A stretch of 64,000 nt of DNA, from contig NC_092677.1 in the NCBI RefSeq assembly GCF_964355755.1, positions 20,916,101 to 20,980,100 of the forward strand. Reading direction: 5' to 3'. Source of the DNA: Antedon mediterranea (Eukaryota > Animalia > Echinodermata). How positions within the stretch are numbered: the stretch's first letter is position 1; every line of letters starts with the position of its first letter. Below, in pieces: positions 1 to 13,100 of this stretch. A model generated the notes under the pieces. The model was not told the origin of the DNA. It did no database searches and worked only from the letters and a program-made list of their open reading frames with translations. Both the position numbers and the translations under genes were made by a program.

Positions 1-333
1 GATTTTCGAAAAAACTTGTTAACATAAAAACACCAAAGTGCTTAGAAAAGCTTCAAATCGCATTTGGAGACGTTTTAGACCATTTTGTGCATTTCGATGA
101 AACTTGGTTACACAAAAACATCAAAGTGTACAGAATAGCTTCAAATCGCATTAGAAACCGTTTTAGACCATTTTGAGCATTTCGAAAAAACTTTTTCACA
201 CCAAACATCAAAGTGTACAAAATAGCTTCAAATCGCATTTGGAGACGTTTTAGACAATTTTGTGATTTTCGAAAAAACTTGTTTACATAAAAACACGAAA
301 GTGCTAAGAATAGCTTCCAATCGCATTTGGAGA

Positions 334-1079
334 CGTTTTAGACCCTTTTGTGCATTTCGATGAAACTTGGTTACACAAAAACATCAAAGTGCTTAAAATC
401 ACATTAGAAACCGTTTTAGACCATTTTGAGCATTTCGTTAAAATTTTTCACAGAAAAACATCAAAGAGCAAAAAATAGCTTAATATCGTATTTAAAAACG
501 TTTTAGACCATTTTGAGCATTTCGACAAAACTTTTTCACACAAAATATCAAAGTGTACAGAATAGCTTCAAATCGCATTTTGAGACGTTTTAACCCATTT
601 TGAGCATTTCGATAAAATTTTACACACAAAAACATCAAAGTGCACAAAATAGCTTAATATGGTATTTAAAAACGTTTTAGACCATTTTGAGCAATTCAAC
701 AAAACTTTTTCTCACAAAACATCAAAGTGTACAGAATAGCTTCAAATCGCATTTGGAGACGTTTTAGACCATTTTCTGCATTTCGATGAAACTTGGTTAC
801 ACAAAAACATCAAAGTGCTTAAAATCACATTTTGAGCATTTCGTTAAAACTTTTCACACAAAAACATCAAAGTCCACAAAATAGCTTAATATCGTATTTA
901 AAAACGTTTTAGACCATTTTGAGCATTTCGAAAAAACTTTTCCACACCAAACATCAAAGTTTACAAAATAGCTTCAAATCGCATTTGGAGACGTTTTAGA
1001 CCATTTTGTGATTTTCGAAAAAACTTGTTAACATAAAAACACCAAAGTGCTCATAATACCTTCAAATCGCATTTGGAGA
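334..1079. repeat. 746-bp higher-order repeat unit (9 monomers: 78+87+87+87+87+[58+87 fused]+87+88), exemplar copy
   Basis: The diagnostic start CGTTTTAGACCCTTTTGTGC occurs at 334 and 1080 (746 apart) and at 7172 and 7918 (746 apart). The same ordered monomer variants follow each time (CACAGAAAAAC, TTAACCCATT, AATATGGTATT, TTTCTC[A/G]C, AAATCACATTTTGAG, TTTTCCACAC). Confidence 0.9.
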
Positions 1080-2261
1080 CGTTTTAGACCCTTTTGTGCA
1101 TTTCGATGAAACTTGGTTACACAAAAACATCAAAGTGCTTAAAATCACATTAGAAACCGTTTTAGACCATTTTGAGCATTTCGTTAAAATTTGTCACAGA
1201 AAAACATCAAAGAGCAAAAAATATCTTAATATCGTATTTAAAAACGTTTTAGACCATTTTGAGCATTTCGACAAAACTTTTTCACACAAAACATCAAAGT
1301 GTACAAAATAGCTTCAAATCGCATTTGGAGACGTTTTAACCCATTTTGAGCATTTCGATAAAATTTTACACACAAAAACATCAAAGTGCACAAAATAGCT
1401 TAATATGGTATTTAAAAACGTTTTAGACCATTTTGAGCATTTCAACAAAACTTTTTCTCACAAAACATCAAAGTGTACAGAATAGCTTCAAATCGCATTT
1501 GGAGACGTTTTAGACTTTTTTGTGCATTTCGATGAAACTTGGTTACACAAAAACATCAAAGTGCTTAAAATCACATTTTGAGCATTTCGTTAAAACTTTT
1601 CACACAAAAACATCAAAGTTCACAAAATAGCTTAATATCGTATTTAAAAACGTTTTAGACCATTTTGAGCATTTCGAAAAAACTTTTCCACACAAAACAT
1701 CAAAGTTTACAAAATAGCTTCAAATCGCATTTGGAGACGTTTTAGACCATTTTGTGATTTTCGAAAAAACTTGATAACATAAAAACACCAAAGTGCTCAG
1801 AATACCTTCAAATCGTGTTTTGAGACGTTTTAGACCATTTTGTAATTTTCGAAAAAACTTGTTAACATAAAAACACCAAAGTGCTCAGAATACCTTCACA
1901 TCGCATTTTGAGACGTTTTAGACCATTTTGTGATTTTCGAAAAAACTTGTTAACATAAAAACACCAAAGTGCTTAGAAAAGCTTGAAATCGCATTTGGAG
2001 ACGTTTTAGACCATTTTGTTCATTTCGATGAAACAAAAACACAAAAACATCAAATTGCACAAAATGGCTTAATATGATATGGGAAAACGTTTTAGACCAT
2101 TTTGAACATTTCGTTAAAAGTTTTCACACAAAAACATCAAAGTCCACAAAATAGCTTAATATCGTATTTAAAAACGTTTTAGACCATTTTGAGAATTTCG
2201 AAAAAACTTTTTCACACAAAACATCAAAGTTTACAAAATAGCTTCAAATCGCATTTGGAGA

Positions 2262-2867
2262 CGTTATAGACCATTTTGTGATTTTCGAAAAAACTTGTTA
2301 ACATAAAAACACCAAAGTGCTCAGAATACCTTCAAATCGCATTTTGAGACGTTTTAGACCATTTTGTGATTTTCGAAACAACTTGTTAACATAAAAACAC
2401 CAAAGTGCTCAGAATCGTGTTTTGAGACGTTTTAGACCATTTTGTGATTTTCGAAAAAACTTGTTAACATAAAAACACCAAAGTGCTCAGAATACCTTCA
2501 AATCGCATTTTGAGACGTTTTAGACCATTTTGTGATTTTCGAAAAAACTTGTTAACATAAAAACACCAAAGTGCTCAGAATACCTTCAAATCGTGTTTTG
2601 AGACGTTTTAGACCATTTTGTGATTTTCGAAAAAACTTGTTAACATAAAAACACCAAAGTGCTCAGAATACCTTCAAATCGCATTTTGAGACGTTTTAGA
2701 CCATTTTGTGATTTTCGAAAAAACTTGTTAACATAAAAACACCAAAGTGCTCAGAATACCTTCAAATCGTGTTTTGAGACGTTTTAGACCATTTTGTGAT
2801 TTTCGAAAAAACTTGTTAACATAAAAACACCAAAGTGCTTAGAAAAGCTTCAAATCGCATTTGGAGA
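2262..2867. repeat. Homogeneous run of seven G-type monomers with alternating variants (176-bp dimer)
   Basis: Anchors at 2262, 2350, 2428, 2516, 2604, 2692, 2780 and 2868. Monomer ends alternate TCGCATTTTGAG / TCGTGTTTTGAG. Similar runs occur near 42230-42660, 45690-46120 and 61040-61480. Confidence 0.85.
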
Positions 2868-5800
2868 CGTTTTAGACCATTTTGTTCATTTCGATGAAAC
2901 TTGGTTACACAAAAACATCAAAGAGCACAAAAGATCTTAATATCGTATTTAAAAACGTTTTAGACCATTTTGAGCATTTCGAAAAAACTTTTTCACACAA
3001 AACATCAAAGTGTACAAAATAGCTTCAAATCGCATTTTGAGACGTTTTAGACAATTTTGTGATTTTCGAAAAAACTTGTTTACATAAAAACACCAAAGTG
3101 CTTAGAAAAGCTTCAAATCGCATTTGGAGACGTTTTAAACCATTTTGTTCATTTCGATGAAACTTGGTTACACAAAAACATCAAAGAGCACAAAAGTATT
3201 TAAAAACGTTTTAGACCATTTTGAGCATTCCGTCAAAACTTTTTCACACAAAACATCAAAGTGTACAGAATAGCTTTAAATCGCATTTGGAGACGTTTTA
3301 GACCATTTTGTAGTTTTCGAAAAAACTTGTTAACATAAAAACACAAAAGAGCTTCAAATCGCATTTGGAGACGTTTTAGACCCTTTTGTGCATTTCGATG
3401 AAACTTGGTTACACAAAAACATCAAAGTGCTTAAAATCACATTAGAAACCGTTTTAGACCATTTTGAGCATTTCGTTAAAACTTTTCACACAAAAACATC
3501 AAAGTCCACAAAATAGCTTAATATGGTATTTAAAAACGTTTTAGAACATTTTGAGCATTTCAACAAAACTTTTTCTCACAAAACATCAAAGTGTACAGAA
3601 TAGCTTCAAATCGCATTTGGAGACGTTTTAGACCATTTTGTGCATTTCGATGAAACTTGGTTACACAAAAACATCAAAGTGCTTAAAATCACATTTTGAG
3701 CATTTCGTTAAAACTTTACACACAAAAACATCAAAGAGTAAAAAATAGCTTAATATCGTATTTAAAAACGTTTTAGACCATTTTGAGCATTTCGACAAAA
3801 TTTTTTCACACAAAACATCAAAGTGTACAGAATAGCTTTAAATCGCATTTGGAGACGTTTTAGACCATTTTGTTAATTTCGATGAAACAAAAACACAAAA
3901 ACATCAAATTGCACAAAATGGCTTAATATGATATGGGAAAACGTTTTAGACCATTTTGAACATTTCGTTAAAAGTTTTCACACAAAAACATCAAAGTCCA
4001 CAAAATAGCTTAATATCGTATTTAAAAACGTTTTAGACCATTTTGAGCATTTCGAAAAAACTTTTTCACACAAAACATCAAAGTTTACAAAATAGCTTCA
4101 AATCGCATTTGGAGACGTTTTAGACCATTTTGTGATTTTCGAAAAAACTTGTTAACATAAAAACACCAAAGTGCTCAGAATACCTTCAAATCGCATTTGG
4201 AGACGTTTTAGACCATTTTGTGATTTTCGAAAAAACTTGTTAACATAAAAACACCAAAGTGCTCAGAATACCTTCAAATCGTGTTTTGAGACGTTTTAGA
4301 CCATTTTGTGATTTTCGAAAAAACTTGTTAACATAAAAACACCAAAGTGCTCAGAATACCTTCAAATCGCATTTGGAGACGTTTTAGACCATTTTGTGAT
4401 TTTCGTCAAAACTTGTTAACATAAAAACACCAAAGTGCTTAGAAAAGTTTCAAATCGCATTTGGAGACGTTTTAGACCATTTTGTTCATTTCGATGAAAC
4501 TTGGTTACACAAAAACATCAAATTGCACAAAATGGCTTAATATGGTATGGGAAAACGTTTTAGACCATTTTGAACATTTCGAGAAAACTTTTTCACACAA
4601 AACTTCAAAGTGTACAGAATAGCTTCAAATCGCATTAGAAACCGTTTTAGACCATTTTGAGCATTTCGAAAAAACTTTTTCACACAAAACATCAAAGTTT
4701 ACAAAATAGCTTCAAATCACATTTGGAGACGTTTTAGACCATTTTGTGATTTTCAAAAAAACTTGTTAACATAAAAACACCCAAGTGCTCAGAATACCTT
4801 CAAATCGCATTTTGAGACGTTTTAGACCATTTTGTGATTTTCGGAAAAACTTGTTAACATAAAAACACCAAAGTGCTTAGAAAAGCTTCAAATCGCATTT
4901 GGAGACGTTTTAGACCATTTTGTAATTTTCGAAAAAACTTGTTAACATAAAAACACCAAAGTGCTCAGAATACCTTCACATCGCATTTTGAGACGTTTTA
5001 GAGCATTTTGTGATTTTCGAAAAAACTTGTTAACATAAAAACACCAAAGTGCTTAGAAAAGCTTGAAATCGCATTTGGAGACGTTTTAGACCATTTTGTG
5101 CATTTCGATGAAACTTGGTTACACAAAAACATCAAAGTGCTTAAAATCACATTTTGAGCATTTCGTTAAAACTTTTCACACAAAAACATCAAAGAGTAAA
5201 AAATAGCTTAATATCGTATTTAAAAACGTTTTAGACCATTTTGAGCATTTCGACAAAATTTTTTCACACAAAACATCAAAGTGTACAGAATAGCTTTAAA
5301 TCGCATTTGGAGACGTTTTAGACCATTTTGTTCATTTCGATGAAACAAAAACACAAAAACATCAAATTGCACAAAATGGCTTAATATGATATGGGAAAAC
5401 GTTTTAGACCATTTTGAACATATCGTTAAAAGTTTTCACACAAAAACATCAAAGTCCACAAAATAGCTTAATATCGTATTTAAAAACGTTTTAGACCATT
5501 TTGAGCATTTCGAAAAATTTTTTCACACAAAACATCAAAGTTTACAAAATAGCTTCAAATCGCATTTGAAGACGTTTTAGACCATTTTGTGATTTTCGAA
5601 AAAACTTGTTAACATAAAAACACCAAAGTACTCAGAATACCTTCAAATCGCATTTTGAGACGTTTTAGACCATTTTGTGATTTTCGAAAAAACAACATAA
5701 AAACACCAAAGTGCTCAGAATACCTTCAAATCGCATTTGGAGACGTTTTAGACCATTTTGTGATTTTCGAAAAAACTTGTTAACATAAAAACACCAAAGT

Positions 5801-7199
5801 GCTCAGAATACCTTCAAATCGTATTTTGAGACGTTTTAGACAATTTTGTGATTTTCGAAAAAACTTGTTAACATAAAAACACCAAAGTGCTTAGAAAAGC
5901 TTCAAATCGCATTTGGAGACGTTTTAGACCATTTTGTGCATTTCGATGAAACTTGGTTACACAAAAACATCAAAGTGTACAGAATAGCTTCAAATCGCAT
6001 TAGAAACCGTTTTAGACCATTTTAAGCATTTCGAAAAAACTTTTTCACACAAAACATCAAAGTGTACAAAATAGCTTCAAATCGCATTTGGAGACGTTTT
6101 AGACAATTTTGTGATTTTCGAAAAAACTTGTTTACATAAAAACACCAAAGTGCTTAGAAAAGCTTCAAATCGCATTTGGAGACGTTTTAAACCATTTTGT
6201 TCATTTCGATGAAACTTGGTTACACAAAAACATCAAAGAGCACAAAAGTATTTAAAAACGTTTTAGACCATTTTGAGCATTCCGACAAAACTTTTTCACA
6301 CAAAACATCAAAGTGTACAGAATAGCTTTAAATCGCATTTGGAGACGTTTTAGACCATTTTGTAGTTTTCGAAAAAACTTGTTAACATAAAAACACAAAA
6401 GAGCTTCAAATCGCATTTGGAGACGTTTTAGACCCTTTTGTGCATTTCGATGAAACTTGGTTACACAAAAACATCAAAGTGCTTAAAATCACATTAGAAA
6501 CCGTTTTAGACCATTTTGAGCATTTCGTTAAAACTTTTCACACAAAAACATCAAAGTCCACAAAATAGCTTAATATCGTATTTAAAAACGTTTTAGACCA
6601 TTTTGAGCATTTCGAAAAAACTTTTCCACACAAAACATCAAAGTTTACAAAATAGCTTCAAATCGCATTTGGAGACGTTTTAGACCATTTTGTGATTTTC
6701 GAAAAAACTTGTTAACATAAAAACACCAAAGTGCTCAGAATACCTTCAAATCGTATTTTGAGACGTTTTAGACAATTTTGTGATTTTCGAAAAAACTTGT
6801 TAACATAAAAACACCAAAGTGCTTAGAAAAGCTTCAAATCGCATTTGGAGACGTTTTAGACCATTTTGTGCATTTCGATGAAACTTGGTTACACAAAAAC
6901 ATCAAAGTGCTTAAAATCACATTTTGAGCATTTCGTTAAAACTTTTCACACAAAAACATCAAAGAGCAAAAAATAGCTTAATATCGTATTTAAAAACGTT
7001 TTAGACCATTTTGAGCATTTCGACAAAACTTTTTCACACAAAACATCAAAGTGTACAAAATAGCTTCAAATCGCATTTGGAGACGTTTTAGACAATTTTG
7101 TGATTTTCGAAAAAACTTGTTTACATAAAAACACCAAAGTGCTAAGAATAGCTTCCAATCGCATTTGGAGACGTTTTAGACCCTTTTGTGCATTTCGAT

Positions 7200-10100
7200 G
7201 AAACTTGGTTACACAAAAATATCAAAGTGCTTAAAATCACATTAGAAACCGTTTTAGAACATTTTGAGCATTTCGTTAAAATTTTTCACAGAAAAACATC
7301 AAAGAGCAAAAAATAGCTTAATATCGTATTTAAAAACGTTTTAGACCATTTTGAGCATTTCGACAAAACTTTTTCACACAAAACAACAAAGTGTACAGAA
7401 TAGCTTAATATCGCATTTGGAGACGTTTTAACCCATTTTGAGCATTTCGATAAAATTTTACACACAAAAACATCAAAGTGCACAAAATAGCTTAATATGG
7501 TATTTAAAAACGTTTTAGACCATTTTGAGCATTTCAACAAAACTTTTTCTCACAAAACATCAAAGTGTACAGAATAGCTTCAAATCGCATTTGGAGACGT
7601 TTTAGACCATTTTGTGCATTTCGATGAAACTTGGTTACACAAAAACATCAAAGTGCTTAAAATCACATTTTGAGCATTTCGTTAAAACTTTTCACACAAA
7701 AACATCAAAGTCCACAAAATAGCTTAATATCGTATTTAAAAACGTTTTAGACCATTTTGAGCATTTCGAAAAAACTTTTCCACACAAAACATCAAAGTTT
7801 ACAAAATAGCTTCAAATCGCATTTGGAGACGTTTTAGACCATTTTGTGATTTTCGAAAAAATTTGTTAACATAAAAACACCAAAGTGCTCAGAATACCTT
7901 CAAATCGCATTTGGAGACGTTTTAGACCCTTTTGTGCATTTCGATGAAACTTGGTTACACAAAAACATCAAAGTGCTTAAAATCACATTAGAAACCGTTT
8001 TAGACCATTTTGAGCATTTCGTTAAAATTTTTCACAGAAAAACATCAAAGAGCAAAAAATAGCTTAATATCGTATTTAAAAACGTTTTAGACCATTTTGA
8101 GCATTTCGACAAAACTTTTTCACACAAAACATCAAAGTGTACAGAATAGCTTCAAATCGCATTTGGAGACGTTTTAACCCATTTTGAGCATTTCGATAAA
8201 ATTTTACACACAAAAACATCAAAGTGCACAAAATAGCTTAATATGGTCTTTAAAAACGTTTTAGACCATTTTGAGCATTTCAACAAAACTTTTTCTCGCA
8301 AAACATCAAAGTGTACAGAATAGCTTCAAATCGCATTTGGAGACGTTTTAGACCATTTTGTGCATTTCGATGAAACTTGGTTACACAAAAACATCAAAGT
8401 GCTTAAAATCACATTTTGAGCATTTCGTTAAAACTTTTCACACAAAAACATCAAAGTCCACAAAATAGCTTAATATCGTATTTAAAAACGTTTTAGACCA
8501 TTTTGAGCATTTCGAAAAATTTTTTCACACAAAACATCAAAGTTTACAAAATAGCTTCAAATCGCATTTGGAGACGTTTTAGACCATTTTGTGATTTTCG
8601 AAAAAACTTGTTAACATAAAAACACCAAAGTACTCAGAATACCTTCAAATCGCATTTTGAGACGTTTTAGACCATTTTGTGATTTTCGAAAAAACTTGTT
8701 AACATAAAAACACCAAAGTGCTCAGAATACCTTCAAATCGTGTTTTGAGACGTTTTAGACCATTTTGTAATTTTCGAAAAAACTTGTTAACATAAAAACA
8801 CCAAAGTGCTCAGAATACCTTCACATCGCATTTTGAGACGTTTTAGACCATTTTGTGATTTTCGAAAAAACTTGTTAACATAAAAACACCAAAGTGCTTA
8901 GAAAAGCTTGAAATCGCATTTGGAGACGTTTTAGACCATTTTGTGCATTTCGATGAAACTTGGTTACACAAAAACATCAAAGTGCTTAAAATCACATTTT
9001 GAGCATTTCGTTAAAACTTTTCACACAAAAACATCAAAGAGTAATAAATAGCTTAATATCGTATTTAAAAACGTTTTAGACCATTTTGAGCATTTCGACA
9101 AAATTTTTTCTCACAAAACATCAAAGTGCTTAAAATCACATTAGAAACCGTTTTAGAACATTTTGAGCATTTCGTTAAAATTTTTCACAGAAAAACATCA
9201 AAGAGCAAAAAATAGCTTAATATCGTATTTAAAAACGTTTTAGACCATTTTGAGCATTTCGACAAAACTTTTTCACACAAAACAACAAAGTGTACAGAAT
9301 AGCTTCAAATCGCATTTGGAGACGTTTTAACCCATTTTGAGCATTTCGATAAAATTTTACACACAAAAACATCAAAGTGCACAAAATAGCTTAATATGGT
9401 ATTTAAAAACGTTTTAGACCATTTTGAGCATTTCAACAAAACTTTTTCTCACAAAACATCAAAGTGTACAGAATAGCTTCAAATCGCATTTGGAGACGTT
9501 TTAGACCATTTTGTGCATTTCGATGAAACTTGGTTACACAAAAACATCAAAGTGCTTAAAATCACATTTTGAGCATTTCGTTAAAACTTTTCACACAAAA
9601 ACATCAAAGTCCACAAAATAGCTTAATATCGTATTTAAAAACGTTTTAGACCATTTTGAGCATTTCGAAAAAACTTTTCCACACAAAACATCAAAGTTTA
9701 CAAAATAGCTTCAAATCGCATTTGGAGACGTTTTAGACCATTTTGTGATTTTCGAAAAAATTTGTTAACATAAAAACACCAAAGTGCTCAGAATACCTTC
9801 AAATCGCATTTGGAGACGTTTTAGACCCTTTTGTGCATTTCGATGAAACTTGGTTACACAAAAACATCAAAGTGCTTAAAATCACATTAGAAACCGTTTT
9901 AGACCATTTTGAGCATTTCGTTAAAATTTTTCACAGAAAAACATCAAAGAGCAAAAAATAGCTTAATATCGTATTTAAAAACGTTTTAGACCATTTTGAG
10001 CATTTCGACAAAACTTTTTCACACAAAACATCAAAGTGTACAGAATAGCTTCAAATCGCATTTGGAGACGTTTTAACCCATTTTGAGCATTTCGATAAAA

Positions 10101-13100
10101 TTTTACACACAAAAACATCAAAGTGCACAAAATAGCTTAATATGGTATTTAAAAACGTTTTAGACCATTTTGAGCATTTCAACAAAACTTTTTCTCGCAA
10201 AACATCAAAGTGTACAGAATAGCTTCAAATCGCATTTGGAGACGTTTTAGACCATTTTGTGCATTTCGATGAAACTTGGTTACACAAAAACATCAAAGTG
10301 TTTAAAATCACATTTTGAGCATTTCGTTAAAACTTTTCACACAAAAACATCAAAGTCCACAAAATAGCTTAATATCGTATTTAAAAACGTTTTAGACCAT
10401 TTTGAGCATTTCGAAAAATTTTTTCACACAAAACATCAAAGTTTACAAAATAGCTTCAAATCGCATTTGGAGACGTTTTAGACCATTTTGTGATTTTCGA
10501 AAAAACTTGTTAACATAAAAACACCAAAGTACTCAGAATACCTTCAAATCGCATTTTGAGACGTTTTAGACCATTTTGTGATTTTCGAAAAAACTTGTTA
10601 ACATAAAAACACCAAAGTGCTCAGAATACCTTCAAATCGTGTTTTGAGACGTTTTAGACCATTTTGTAATTTTCGAAAAAACTTGTTAACATAAAAACAC
10701 CAAAGTGCTCAGAATACCTTCACATCGCATTTTGAGACGTTTTAGACCATTTTGTGATTTTCGAAAAAACTTGTTAACATAAAAACACCAAAGTGCTTAG
10801 AAAAGCTTGAAATCGCATTTGGAGACGTTTTAGACCATTTTGTGCATTTCGATGAAACTTGGTTACACAAAAACATCAAAGTGCTTAAAATCACATTTTG
10901 AGCATTTCGTTAAAACTTTTCACACAAAAACATCAAAGAGTAATAAATAGCTTAATATCGTATTTAAAAACGTTTTAGACCATTTTGAGCATTTCGACAA
11001 AATTTTTTCTCACAAAACATCAAAGTGCTTAAAATCACATTAGAAACCGTTTTAGAACATTTTGAGCATTTCGTTAAAATTTTTCACAGAAAAACATCAA
11101 AGAGCAAAAAATAGCTTAATATCGTATTTAAAAACGTTTTAGACCATTTTGAGCATTTCGACAAAACTTTTTCACACAAAACAACAAAGTGTACAGAATA
11201 GCTTCAAATCGCATTTGGAGACGTTTTAACCCATTTTGAGCATTTCGATAAAATTTTACACACAAAAACATCAAAGTGCACAAAATAGCTTAATATGGTA
11301 TTTAAAAACGTTTTAGACCATTTTGAGCATTTCAACAAAACTTTTTCTCACAAAACATCAAAGTGTACAGAATAGCTTCAAATCGCATTTGGAGACGTTT
11401 TAGACCATTTTGTGCATTTCGATGAAACTTGGTTACACAAAAACATCAAAGTGCTTAAAATCACATTTTGAGCATTTCGTTAAAACTTTTCACACAAAAA
11501 CATCAAAGTCCACAAAATAGCTTAATATCGTATTTAAAAACGTTTTAGACCATTTTGAGCATTTCGAAAAAACTTTTCCACACAAAACATCAAAGTTTAC
11601 AAAATAGCTTCAAATCGCATTTGGAGACGTTTTAGACCATTTTGTGATTTTCGAAAAAATTTGTTAACATAAAAACACCAAAGTGCTCAGAATACCTTCA
11701 AATCGCATTTGGAGACGTTTTAGACCCTTTTGTGCATTTCGATGAAACTTGGTTACACAAAAACATCAAAGTGCTTAAAATCACATTAGAAACCGTTTTA
11801 GACCATTTTGAGCATTTCGTTAAAATTTTTCACAGAAAAACATCAAAGAGCAAAAAATAGCTTAATATCGTATTTAAAAACGTTTTAGACCATTTTGAGC
11901 ATTTCGACAAAACTTTTTCACACAAAACATCAAAGTGTACAGAATAGCTTCAAATCGCATTTGGAGACGTTTTAACCCATTTTGAGCATTTCGATAAAAT
12001 TTTACACACAAAAACATCAAAGTGCACAAAATAGCTTAATATGGTATTTAAAAACGTTTTAGACCATTTTGAGCATTTCAACAAAACTTTTTCTCGCAAA
12101 ACATCAAAGTGTACAGAATAGCTTCAAATCGCATTTGGAGACGTTTTAGACCATTTTGTGCATTTCGATGAAACTTGGTTACACAAAAACATCAAAGTGT
12201 TTAAAATCACATTTTGAGCATTTCGTTAAAACTTTTCACACAAAAACATCAAAGTCCACAAAATAGCTTAATATCGTATTTAAAAACGTTTTAGACCATT
12301 TTGAGCATTTCGAAAAATTTTTTCACACAAAACATCAAAGTTTACAAAATAGCTTCAAATCGCATTTGGAGACGTTTTAGACCATTTTGTGATTTTCGAA
12401 AAAACTTGTTAACATAAAAACACCAAAGTACTCAGAATACCTTCAAATCGCATTTTGAGACGTTTTAGACCATTTTGTGCATTTCGATGAAACTTGGTTA
12501 CACAAAAACATCAAAGTGCTTAAAATCACATTTTGAGCATTTCGTTAAAACTTTTCACACAAAAACATCAAAGAGCAAAAAATAGCTTAATATCGTATTT
12601 AAAAACGTTTTAGACCATTTTGAGCATTTCGACAAAACTTTTTCACACAAAACATCAAAGTGTACAAAATAGCTTCAAATCGCATTTGGAGACGTTTTAG
12701 ACAATTTTGTGATTTTCGAAAAAACTTGTTTACATAAAAACACCAAAGTGCTAAGAATAGCTTCCAATCGCATTTGGAGACGTTTTAGACCCTTTTGTGC
12801 ATTTCGATGAAACTTGGTTACACAAAAACATCAAAGTGCTTAAAATCACATTAGAAACCGTTTTAGAACATTTTGAGCATTTCGTTAAAATTTTTCACAG
12901 AAAAACATCAAAGAGCAAAAAATAGCTTAATATCGTATTTAAAAACGTTTTAGACCATTTTGAGCATTTCGACAAAACTTTTTCACACAAAACAACAAAG
13001 TGTACAGAATAGCTTAATATCGCATTTGGAGACGTTTTAACCCATTTTGAGCATTTCGATAAAATTTTACACACAAAAACATCAAAGTGCACAAAATAGC

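Noticed and set aside
93-109. CENP-B-box-like motif TTTCGATGAAACTTGGT in B monomers
   Set aside because: It matches 7 of 9 core positions of nTTCGnnnnAnnCGGGn but lacks the second CpG needed for binding. Such partial matches are common by chance, and the host taxon is unknown.
5553-5571. Perfect 8-bp-arm hairpin CTTCAAAT-CGC-ATTTGAAG
   Set aside because: It results from a single G>A change in one monomer, so it cannot be distinguished from a random SNP or a sequencing error.
7286-7540. Cys/Lys-rich peptide (KCSK repeats) suggesting a zinc finger
   Set aside because: It is the translation of the reverse-strand repeat (AAATGCTCAAAA) and has no consistent zinc-finger spacing.
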